Of a stretch of DNA of 64,000 nt, positions 27,887 through 35,474 are shown piece after piece; position 1 is the first letter of the stretch; each line of letters opens with the position of its first letter. Source of the stretch: Candidatus Pseudobutyricicoccus lothianensis. GTDB taxonomy: Bacteria; Bacillota; Clostridia; Oscillospirales; Butyricicoccaceae. The notes under the pieces were generated by a model. It was not told the origin of the DNA and did not search any database. It was given only the letters and a program-made list of their open reading frames with translations. Both the position numbers and the translations under genes were made by a program. The DNA lies in the NCBI GenBank assembly GCA_904419295.1, contig CAJFRA010000004.1:4710-68709 (forward strand). The letters are read 5' to 3'.

Positions 27887-27927
27887 CCGTGTGGCCACCG
27901 GAAGATTTCCGGGCCACACGGTTTTTT
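27887..27927 (+). terminator. Rho-independent terminator after clpB
   Basis: CCGTGTGGCC, loop, GGCCACACGG, followed by TTTTTT. Confidence 0.85.
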
Positions 27928-27952
27928 CTGCAAGAAGATACTTGTTGTTCTC

Positions 27953-28049
27953 TGCAAGAGTCGTATACTTTGCGCGTATGGATGCAAACAGCCTCTTTGG
28001 GCGGATGGTTTCCGCAGAGCGGGCCCGGTGAAACCTTATCAGGCATCAA
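27953..28049 (-). other. Proposed 5' segment (32 codons) of the split Cys-rich CDS
   Basis: AGGAGG (28064..28059) lies 9 nt before TTG 28049. It encodes MMPDKVSPGPLCGNHPPKEAVCIHTRKVYDSC up to the CTTGCA core. Beyond the core, the same ORF runs through the clpB terminator and antisense into clpB. Confidence 0.35.
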
Positions 28050-28237
28050 AGCAGATTACCTCCTGAATCAAATTTGAAGTTTCCTTCAATACATCATATT
28101 CCACAGAGGCCCAGTGGTGCATGGTTGCCGCGGCGGCCTGGAGTGCTTTTCCGGGCTTTTGTGCCATTTGCCGGTTGACATCCGCGCCAGATGGGGTAAA
28201 GTAGAGGGAGAACATGCAAACAAAAGGAGAAAAAATC

Positions 28238-28933
28238 ATGGAGATCACCATTCACCAGTTGCTGCCCGGCGCGCGGGAGGCCCGCGGCATCGCCGTGATC
28301 ATCGATGTGTTCCGCGCCTACAGCGTGGAATCCTATGCATTTGCCCAGGGGATGAAGCGGATCTACCCAGTGGGAGATATGGAGGAAGCCTACCGGCTGA
28401 AACAGCAGCATCCCGATTATCTGCTGTGTGGTGAGCGGGAAGGGCGCAAACAGGCAGGGTGTGATTTCGGCAATTCACCGCTGGAAATCATCCAGCATGA
28501 CTTGACTGGCCGCACCATGGTACATACCACCAGCGCCGGCACGCAAGGGCTCGAAAACGCCACCAACGCAGACCTGTTGTTGGCCGGTTCGCTGGTCAAC
28601 GCGGCTGCTACGGCAGAATATATTCGCCGCCAGGACCCTCAGCATGTCAGTTTGGTATGCATGGGTCTTGCTTGCCGCCGCCCCACTGACGAAGACACTT
28701 GTTGTGCCGAATACCTCCGCGCCTTGTTGCTGGGGCAACCCTATGACCGGGAAGCTGCGATCCAGCGTATGCGTCAAGGGGATGGGCAGCGCTTTTTTAT
28801 CCCGGCAGATCAAGCCTTCGCCCCCAAAGAAGATTTTGATCTGTGCACGCAATTCGACCGCTTCCCCTTTGCGCTGCCGGTGCGCTATGATTCTGATGGG
28901 CGCAAATACATCGAAAAAGTAGAAGTACTCTGA
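28238..28933 (+). CDS. comB: 2-phosphosulfolactate phosphatase family protein
   Basis: AVIIDVFRAYSVESYAF...CGEREGRK..GCDFGNSP...HTTSAGTQG is typical of the ComB family. Start at ATG 28238, after AAGGAG. Confidence 0.8.
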   Translation: MEITIHQLLPGAREARGIAVIIDVFRAYSVESYAFAQGMKRIYPVGDMEEAYRLKQQHPDYLLCGEREGRKQAGCDFGNSPLEIIQHDLTGRTMVHTTSAGTQGLENATNADLLLAGSLVNAAATAEYIRRQDPQHVSLVCMGLACRRPTDEDTCCAEYLRALLLGQPYDREAAIQRMRQGDGQRFFIPADQAFAPKEDFDLCTQFDRFPFALPVRYDSDGRKYIEKVEVL

Positions 28934-29052
28934 TCATTGCTTCTTTTTCCATTGGAGTCAAAAGGCGACTGTACCGTTCTCGCCCCGGCCATCCCCGCAT
29001 ATCTATAAGCAGAGACGCCAAAGGCTTTTTTTCAATATAGTAAAGGCGGGGA

Positions 29053-29778
29053 ATGACTATGGTAAACAGACGGAAAGAGGGCCAACACAGGCTTTGGTTG
29101 GCTGGTATTGTGCTGGCAATGGCTGTGCTATCCGGCGTGCTGTGGCTGCGGCAGTATGAAAACCCATGGCACCCCACCGGCGGCGCCATCTCCTACATTC
29201 CGCAAGTGATATTGGATCCGGGCCATGGCGGGATGGATGGAGGCGCGGTCTCCCAAAGCGGCATTCAGGAAAAGGATCTCAACCTGGCCATCTCCCTCAA
29301 GACCCGTATGTTGCTCAAGCTATGCGGCATTGATACTGTGATGACACGGGACAGCGATGTCTCGCTGGATTATGTGGAAGGGGCCACGGTTCGCCAAAAC
29401 AAGCAGAATGATTTGAAGGCGCGGGCCGATGTGGCAGCCCGCTACCCGGAAAGTGATTTCATCAGCATCCATATGAATCAATTCCAACAATCCAAATACC
29501 ATGGCGCCCAGGTCTTTTATGGGCAAAACAGCCTTTCACAGCAGTTGGCTCAAGGGATGCAGGATGCCTTTCGCCAAGTGTTGGATCCGTCCAATGATCG
29601 GAAAATAAAACCTGTGCCAGAGGGCGTCTATGTGATGAGAAAAGTGACAGCGCCAGCTGTCATCGCCGAATGTGGCTTTTTGTCCAACCCCCAGGAAGCG
29701 GAAAAACTGGCGCAAGATGATTACCAAACCAAAGCCGCTCTGGCCATTGCAGGGGCTTATTTGCGCTTTGCCGCCTGA
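29053..29778 (+). CDS. cwlD: N-acetylmuramoyl-L-alanine amidase, CwlD-type (germination-specific)
   Basis: N-terminal TM segment, then ILDPGHGGMDGGA...DFISIHMNQF...AVIAECGFLSNPQEA. The size and layout are those of CwlD. Confidence 0.8.
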   Translation: MTMVNRRKEGQHRLWLAGIVLAMAVLSGVLWLRQYENPWHPTGGAISYIPQVILDPGHGGMDGGAVSQSGIQEKDLNLAISLKTRMLLKLCGIDTVMTRDSDVSLDYVEGATVRQNKQNDLKARADVAARYPESDFISIHMNQFQQSKYHGAQVFYGQNSLSQQLAQGMQDAFRQVLDPSNDRKIKPVPEGVYVMRKVTAPAVIAECGFLSNPQEAEKLAQDDYQTKAALAIAGAYLRFAA

Positions 29779-29796
29779 GCGGGGGAAGGGGAAACT

Positions 29797-31164
29797 GTGA
29801 AGAAAAAAACGGTGTATGTGTGTTCTGCCTGTGGCCACGAAACTGCCAAATGGATGGGGAAGTGCCCGGCCTGCGGCCAATGGAACACTCTGGAAGAGAT
29901 GACGGTTCGGGAAGAAAAAAACGCGTTTGTGCCGTCCGCCAACCGGTTGGCGCCCCAGCCGGTTCCTGTGTGCGACATCGATCTGGATTCCGACAAACGG
30001 GTCAGCACGGGAATTGGTGAGTTTGACCGGGTATTGGGCGGCGGCCTCGTGGTGGGCTCTCTGGTTCTGGTCGCTGGCGAGCCGGGCATTGGCAAGAGCA
30101 CTTTGTTGCTGCAAGCCTGCAAAAATATGGCCAAGCACCATACGGTGCTCTATGTAACGGGCGAAGAGTCTTTGGCGCAGATCCGAATGCGGGCCGCCCG
30201 CACAGACGCGATGGAACCATCGCTGCTGATCTTGCCGGAGACTGATCTGGAAAACATCTTTGAAGTGGCAGGCCGCATCCAGCCCGGTGTGCTGGTCATC
30301 GATTCCATTCAGACCATCAACAGCAGCACCAGCACTTCCATGCCGGGCAGCGTCTCCCAGGTGCGCGAAAGCACGCTACGCCTGATGCAGTTTGCCAAAC
30401 AAAGCGGCACATCCACTTTTTTAGTCGGGCATGTGAACAAAGATGGCGGCATAGCCGGCCCCAAAGTGCTGGAGCACATGGTAGATACGGTGCTTTATTT
30501 TGAGGGAGAGCGTTATGCCGCCCATCGAATGCTGCGGGCAGCCAAAAACCGTTTTGGTTCCACCAATGAGATCGGTATGTTTGAAATGGCCCAAAGCGGC
30601 TTACAAGAAGTAGTCAACCCCTCGGCAGCCCTGATCGCCGGCCGCCCGGAGGACGCCACAGGAAGCTGTATCGTTTGCACACTGGAGGGGACGCGGCCGC
30701 TGCTGGCCGAGATCCAAGGCCTTGTGACCAAAACAGCCTATGGCGCAGCCCGCCGCATGGCCGCCGGCATTGATTACAATCGAGCGGTGCTGCTGCTGGC
30801 TATTTTGGAAAAGCGGGCCGGGCTGATGCTGAGCAATTACGATTCCTATGTCAATGTAGTTGGAGGCATGCGCATCGATGAGCCAGCCGTGGATCTGGCG
30901 GTGGCTGTGGCAGTGGCTTCCAGCTATTTGGAACAGCCTGTGCACCGTCAGACAGCACTTTTTGGCGAAATTGGTCTGGCCGGCGAGATCCGGGCGGTCT
31001 CTGGCACCGAGCAGCGTTTGCGCGAGATCTATCGTCTTGGTTTCCGCCGCTGCATCCTGCCCCTTCCCGGAAAAGACAAACTGGATCTGCCTGATGACCT
31101 GGAGCTGGTGCCTGTGCGAGATCTGCGTGAAGCGATCCGCGCGGCTTTTAAGGGCAATAATTGA
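29797..31164 (+). CDS. radA: DNA repair protein RadA/Sms
   Basis: N-terminal zinc finger CSACGHETAKWMGKCPACGQW, Walker A GEPGIGKST, the KNRFG motif and a Lon-like C-terminal domain. Confidence 0.95.
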   Translation: MKKKTVYVCSACGHETAKWMGKCPACGQWNTLEEMTVREEKNAFVPSANRLAPQPVPVCDIDLDSDKRVSTGIGEFDRVLGGGLVVGSLVLVAGEPGIGKSTLLLQACKNMAKHHTVLYVTGEESLAQIRMRAARTDAMEPSLLILPETDLENIFEVAGRIQPGVLVIDSIQTINSSTSTSMPGSVSQVRESTLRLMQFAKQSGTSTFLVGHVNKDGGIAGPKVLEHMVDTVLYFEGERYAAHRMLRAAKNRFGSTNEIGMFEMAQSGLQEVVNPSAALIAGRPEDATGSCIVCTLEGTRPLLAEIQGLVTKTAYGAARRMAAGIDYNRAVLLLAILEKRAGLMLSNYDSYVNVVGGMRIDEPAVDLAVAVAVASSYLEQPVHRQTALFGEIGLAGEIRAVSGTEQRLREIYRLGFRRCILPLPGKDKLDLPDDLELVPVRDLREAIRAAFKGNN

Positions 31165-31172
31165 AAGCAATG

Positions 31173-31216
31173 CAACAGCCGGAGCCTTTGGATTAGCTCC
31201 GGCTGTTGTTTTGTTT
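31173..31216 (+). terminator. Rho-independent terminator after radA; may also serve the convergent small ORF
   Basis: 13-bp perfect stem CAACAGCCGGAGC / GCTCCGGCTGTTG followed by TTTTGTTT. Confidence 0.8.
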
Positions 31217-31234
31217 GCAGGAAAAGGGCTGCAC

Positions 31235-31360
31235 TCAGCCCTGGCGCTGTACGAAATAGACACAGGTGTCGTGGCTTCCTCCTGCCGGCATGGCGCGGTG
31301 CAGCACACATTGACCCAGCTGGTTGTAAATACACCCGGTCTCACTGCAATTCAAACTCAA
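31235..31360 (-). CDS. Small Cys-containing protein, DUF1540-like (41 aa)
   Basis: GGAGGGAAG SD 8 nt before TTG 31360. It encodes LSLNCSETGCIYNQLGQCVLHRAMPAGGSHDTCVYFVQRQG, whose C-x4-C-x-YN-x4-C...C-x-YF pattern resembles DUF1540. It is part of a longer track ORF, 31235..31492. Confidence 0.4.
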   Translation of the reverse strand: MSLNCSETGCIYNQLGQCVLHRAMPAGGSHDTCVYFVQRQG

Positions 31361-31451
31361 TCCGCTTCCCTCCGTTGCAACAATTTCCGGTAATATTTTG
31401 GCCTTCCTTTTCCAAAATATAAGGGAAATCAAAAAGGCGGTGCAATAGAAG

Positions 31452-32429
31452 ATGAGAGCAGCGGTATGTATGGCGTCCACCGCGTTGATCATCGGCGGGA
31501 TGTTTTTGGGCAGCCCTTATCGGGCAGATCACACGCCGGTAAGCGTTCAATCCATCCTGTGCGAACAGGCGGATATTTACGACACGGTGACGATGAAAGG
31601 GAAAGTAGAAGCGCAGCACAAATGCCGCGTATTCCCACCAGGGACAGCCACAGTGGGGCGGATCTATGTCACACAAGGACAACCGATCGAAAAGGGGGAG
31701 CCGCTGGTGACCTTATACGTCACAGGAGACGGAACGGAACTGCGGCAGGCGGCAGAGGAAGGTGTGCAAGGGCTGGAAGAATGGTTAGGCTCTGCTGCTA
31801 TCCTCCCTTCAGGAACCGTAGATACCCAGCCTACTGCCGTCACGCTGACAGCGCCTCAGACCGGCATCGTGATGGACATTTACTGCCAGGAAGATGAGCT
31901 CGTCACGCCTCTGGCCCCTTGTGTTACCATTGCCGATCTGACCGATCTAGTCGTGCGGGCACAAGTAGGGGAGGAGCAATTGGCTGAAATAGCAGTTGGC
32001 CAAGAAACCACAATGACTTTTGAAGCGTTTCCCGAGACAGAAAAAATAGGACGTATCATTTCCATAGCACCCTATGCAAAAACCGGTTCCTTTCTGGGGC
32101 AAGAAGGCCCGGTGCAAACCGATGTGCTGTGTTCCATCAGCAACACAGATGGAACCATTCGCCCAGGCTACACCGTGACTGTGAAGGCCAAAACCCAAAG
32201 GCAGCCCAACGCATTGTTGCTTCCCTACAGCTGCATCGGCCAGGACGAACAAGGCCGGGAGTATGTGATGGTGGCGCAAGATGGCTTTGCCCGCCGCCAG
32301 TTGGTAAAAACCGGTCTTGAACTGGCAGACCAAGTGGAGATCACCGCAGGGCTGACGGCCCAGGTCCCGGTACTGCAAGATCCCTCCTCGGTCCAGCCTG
32401 GCCAACGGATCGAGGTGCATGACCCATGA
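31452..32429 (+). CDS. Efflux transporter periplasmic adaptor subunit (HlyD/MacA-like)
   Basis: N-terminal TM segment and a lipoyl/beta-barrel-type sequence (GRIYVTQGQPIEKGEPLVTL...GYTVTVKA...). Translationally coupled to the permease gene (ATGA overlap). Confidence 0.7.
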   Translation: MRAAVCMASTALIIGGMFLGSPYRADHTPVSVQSILCEQADIYDTVTMKGKVEAQHKCRVFPPGTATVGRIYVTQGQPIEKGEPLVTLYVTGDGTELRQAAEEGVQGLEEWLGSAAILPSGTVDTQPTAVTLTAPQTGIVMDIYCQEDELVTPLAPCVTIADLTDLVVRAQVGEEQLAEIAVGQETTMTFEAFPETEKIGRIISIAPYAKTGSFLGQEGPVQTDVLCSISNTDGTIRPGYTVTVKAKTQRQPNALLLPYSCIGQDEQGREYVMVAQDGFARRQLVKTGLELADQVEITAGLTAQVPVLQDPSSVQPGQRIEVHDP

Positions 32430-33607
32430 AATGGCGGGATATGGGGGTACTCGCTTTTAAAAATGCTTTGCGGTCCGGGTACAAAACGGTGCTCTGCATA
32501 TTGGCTGTTTGTGTGGGCATTGCCTCTGTATATTTAATTGGTGAGATCTGCTGCAACGCAGAACAGCAAATTGCAAATGAAATTAAAAAAAGCGGCTTGG
32601 GCGGTGTCATGGTTTTTGCCCAGGAGGAAGAGGCTGCGTTGACCATCGGCCAGATCCGCCAGCTTTCAAAAGACGTACCCCAGATCGAGGCAGCGATGCC
32701 CATTTTTTCGGAGTATGGCGACTTCAAGCTGCGCAACCTGTCCGGCAACGCCCTGGTATGGGGAGTTGATGAGCAGTTCCAACAGATCTTCCACGTGCAG
32801 CTGCTCCATGGCCGTTTACCGTCGGAACAAGAGGTCCGCCAATGTGCCAAAGTAGCCGTCATTGAAGACACATTGGCACAAAAAGCATACCAACGCCACA
32901 ATGTGGTAGGCAAAGAGATCGTTCTCACCTTAAATGGCATGCCAGAAACCTATACCATCATCGGGGTAATCACTTCACAAAAAAGCGGCGTCAATGCATT
33001 GATCGGCGGTGATAAGCTGCCGGCCTTTGCCTATATTCCCTATACCACTGCCAATTTGTGCACCGGCAAAGAGACAACCGGACAGCTGGCACTGAGCTAT
33101 GAAGAACAGGCGGATACCCAGGCCATCACCACTTTTGCTCTAGGGAGGCTGGAACGCCAACAGGGCAGTGAATTCTCTGCTGAAAACATCGGCGGTTATG
33201 TGGATACATTTTCCTCTATTTTGCAGATGGTATCGGTGCTTATCACTCTCATTGGTGGGATCTCCCTGCTGGTGGGCGGTATCGGAGTGATGAATTCCAT
33301 GATCGCGGCAGTCGAAGGGCGCCGCCGCGAGATCGGCATTTATATGGCCATTGGTGCCAGACGGCGGGATATCATTGGTTGTTACCTGCTGGAATCCATC
33401 CTAATCTGTCTTTTCGGCGGCATAGCAGGGGGGATTTTCGGTGGAGGTTTGCTGTTCCTGGGGGCCCATGCTCTGGGCGTGGCATTGGAATTCCATTTGC
33501 GCTACCTTCTTTTGGCCGAAAGTGCAGCCCTGGGGTGCGGCCTTCTGTTTGGCATACTGCCCGCTTTCCGAGCGGCCAACATGAGCCCCATTGCCGCCAT
33601 GCGCTGA
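32426..33607 (+). CDS. ABC transporter permease, MacB/FtsX-type
   Basis: N-terminal TM segment, a large extracytoplasmic MacB-like domain, then three C-terminal TM segments of the FtsX type (GIGVMNSMIAAVEGRRREIGIYMAIGARRRDI). Confidence 0.8.
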   Translation: MKWRDMGVLAFKNALRSGYKTVLCILAVCVGIASVYLIGEICCNAEQQIANEIKKSGLGGVMVFAQEEEAALTIGQIRQLSKDVPQIEAAMPIFSEYGDFKLRNLSGNALVWGVDEQFQQIFHVQLLHGRLPSEQEVRQCAKVAVIEDTLAQKAYQRHNVVGKEIVLTLNGMPETYTIIGVITSQKSGVNALIGGDKLPAFAYIPYTTANLCTGKETTGQLALSYEEQADTQAITTFALGRLERQQGSEFSAENIGGYVDTFSSILQMVSVLITLIGGISLLVGGIGVMNSMIAAVEGRRREIGIYMAIGARRRDIIGCYLLESILICLFGGIAGGIFGGGLLFLGAHALGVALEFHLRYLLLAESAALGCGLLFGILPAFRAANMSPIAAMR

Positions 33608-33657
33608 TCGTTTCCGTCAGCAGATCCAACCGGATTTTGCCGGTAAAAATTGCATTC

Positions 33658-33711
33658 AAAAAACCACCTCCTTACATCGGAAAATCAGCCGATGTTCGGG
33701 GGTGGTTTTTG
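33658..33711. terminator. Bidirectional hairpin terminator between convergent genes
   Basis: AAACCACC...ACATCGG-AAAATCAG-CCGATGT...GGTGGTTT, flanked by an A-run and a T-run. Confidence 0.75.
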
Positions 33712-33749
33712 TCAAGACTGGTATGGTCTTGATCTACGTGGCCAACCCT

Positions 33750-35339
33750 TTAAAACCGAGCCATTACCAGGCTGTCGCCCGGCTGCAGCAAGGTATCGCC
33801 GCCGGGTATGATGGCTTCGCCGGGCCGCTGCACCAGTACGACCAAACTGCCTTTGGGCATCTCCAGAGAGCCCAACGTACGTCCACACCATTTGTGGCCT
33901 TTTTCCAATACGATCTCTTCCATCGTCAGATTGCGCCGGTTCTCAAACTCATTTCCTGCAATCACCAAAAGGTCACCAGACTGCAATCGGGTTTTTCCAT
34001 TGGGGGCAATCACCTGTTTTTGCCGCAAAATAGCGCTGACCAGCAGGCCTCGCGGCAATGGCAGCTCTTGCAAAGCCTGGCCCTCCCAAGGGTGGCCGGC
34101 CTCTACTTGCAATTTGATGAAAGACAGCGGACTTTCTTCCTGGTAATCGTTGAAGGTTTTTCGTACATCGGCAGAAGAGTCGATCATGTTGAGCTTTCGT
34201 GACATCCACGGCAGCAGAGACCCTTGCAGGGCGATGGAAAGCAACACAATGCAAAACACCAGATTAAACAGATCGTACCGCATGGGGATCTGCTGCAGCA
34301 CTGCATAAATGGCAAATACAATGGAGGCCACACCTCGCAGCCCCGCCCAAGAAACCAGTGCAATTTGCCGCGCTGGGGCGCGGAATGGCGCCAAGATCGC
34401 CGTTGTTGCCACCGGACGTGCTACAAATGTCATGAACAACATGATAAGCAGCGCGGGCAGTGCCACAGACGGCAATTTTGCGGGAGTGACCAGCAGCCCC
34501 AACAAAAAGAAGATCATCATTTGAGCCACACCAGTGAGCACATCGAAAAAACGGACTTGGTTCCGCTTTTTGGGAATGCTGGAATTGCCCATCCAAATAC
34601 CGCAAATATACACACTCAAGTAACCGTTCCCGCCCAAAGCATTGGGCAGCGCATAGGCCAGCAGGGCAGAAGCCAATACAAAAATCGTCTCGCCTTCCGC
34701 CATATTGAAGTGGAAACGATTCAATAGCCAAACTGTGGCTTTGCCGATCAATACGCCAAACAGAAGCCCCAAAACGATCTGCTTAGCCAACATCCAAGGC
34801 ACCGAAATTTGCTGTCCAGCGATCAGCGTAGTAAATACTACTGTCAGCATATAAGACATCGGATCATTGGACCCCGACTCAATCTCCAGCAAAGAGGCTG
34901 TGTTATACTTGAGGTTGAGCTGTTGGGAGCGTAGCATATTGAATACCGATGCCGCATCTGTGGAAGCAATCACAGAGCCTGTGAGCATGCCTTCCAACCA
35001 ACTCAAGCCCAGTGCATAGTGGGCAAATGCCCCGACGAGCAGGGCCGTCAACACCACGCCTACAGTGGAAAGCAGCACAGATTGGGCCGCCACAGATCGG
35101 GCTTGTTTCACATTGGCTCCAAAACCGCCGTAGTACATGATAAAGATCAGACACACTGAGCAGAGGATCTCTGCGGCTTGGTAATTATCAAAAGGAATTC
35201 GAAATAAGCCATTTTCGCCAAAACACATACCCAGGGCGATGAAGACCAACAACGATGGGACAGGCAATTTCTCAATGTACCGGTTGACCAATACGCATAG
35301 AGCGATCACAACGCCTGTTAATAATAGATATTGATTCAA
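33750..35339 (-). CDS. K+/H+ (CPA1, NhaP2-type) antiporter with a C-terminal TrkA-C domain
   Basis: NQYLLLTGVVIALCVLVNRYIEKLPVPSLLVFIALGMCFGENG, about 12 TM segments, and a C-terminal RCK_C-like region. Start set at TTG 35339, 7 nt after GGGAGGA. Confidence 0.85.
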   Translation of the reverse strand: MNQYLLLTGVVIALCVLVNRYIEKLPVPSLLVFIALGMCFGENGLFRIPFDNYQAAEILCSVCLIFIMYYGGFGANVKQARSVAAQSVLLSTVGVVLTALLVGAFAHYALGLSWLEGMLTGSVIASTDAASVFNMLRSQQLNLKYNTASLLEIESGSNDPMSYMLTVVFTTLIAGQQISVPWMLAKQIVLGLLFGVLIGKATVWLLNRFHFNMAEGETIFVLASALLAYALPNALGGNGYLSVYICGIWMGNSSIPKKRNQVRFFDVLTGVAQMMIFFLLGLLVTPAKLPSVALPALLIMLFMTFVARPVATTAILAPFRAPARQIALVSWAGLRGVASIVFAIYAVLQQIPMRYDLFNLVFCIVLLSIALQGSLLPWMSRKLNMIDSSADVRKTFNDYQEESPLSFIKLQVEAGHPWEGQALQELPLPRGLLVSAILRQKQVIAPNGKTRLQSGDLLVIAGNEFENRRNLTMEEIVLEKGHKWCGRTLGSLEMPKGSLVVLVQRPGEAIIPGGDTLLQPGDSLVMARF

Positions 35340-35414
35340 AAGGCAATCCTCCCTTTGGAGACTTTTGTATACGATTCCATTGTAGCGTATTGAAGGAGGG
35401 AGGGCAAGGGAATT

Positions 35415-35451
35415 TAGCAAAAGAAAGAGGGGAGGCCAAATGCCTCCCCTA
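35415..35451 (-). terminator. Rho-independent terminator after the M14 peptidase-like gene
   Basis: On the minus strand, AGGGGAGGC-ATTTG-GCCTCCCCT followed by CTTTCTTTTGC. Confidence 0.65.
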
Positions 35452-35474
35452 TAAAAATCTATTGATGCATATTT

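Larger units (their letters stand above)
21101..27952 (-). mobile_element. Candidate excisable intervening element (about 6.86 kb) bounded by CTTGCA cores at 21095..21100 and 27953..27958
   Basis: A large serine recombinase sits at one extreme end. In-frame halves of a Cys-rich CDS flank the segment on the same strand, and both junctions share the same hexamer. The cargo is a flavodoxin-like gene, an aldo/keto reductase (AKR)-ferredoxin gene, a small ORF and clpB. This is inference only. Confidence 0.35.

Noticed and set aside
27717-27952. The distal 78 codons of the 110-aa minus ORF 27717..28049.
   Set aside because: This part passes through the clpB terminator hairpin and lies antisense to the clpB 3' end, and its sequence looks random. 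Only the first 32 codons, up to the CTTGCA core, are considered potentially coding.
21095-27958. A computed 42-bp dyad (28 of 42 self-complementary positions) in the hypothetical circular junction, TGCAAGACGCGACTTGCAGAGAACAACAAGTATCTTCTTGCA, considered as an attP-like site.
   Set aside because: Its symmetry centre falls 3 to 4 nt outside the shared CTTGCA hexamer. It therefore cannot coincide with a crossover dinucleotide common to both junctions, and it is not used as evidence.
28092-28118. A possible sigma-K-type promoter (AC, 16 nt, AATATGATG) upstream of the proposed 5' gene piece.
   Set aside because: Only 4 of the 6 specified consensus positions match, which is too weak to list as a feature. 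I mention it only as something to test if the split-gene hypothesis holds.
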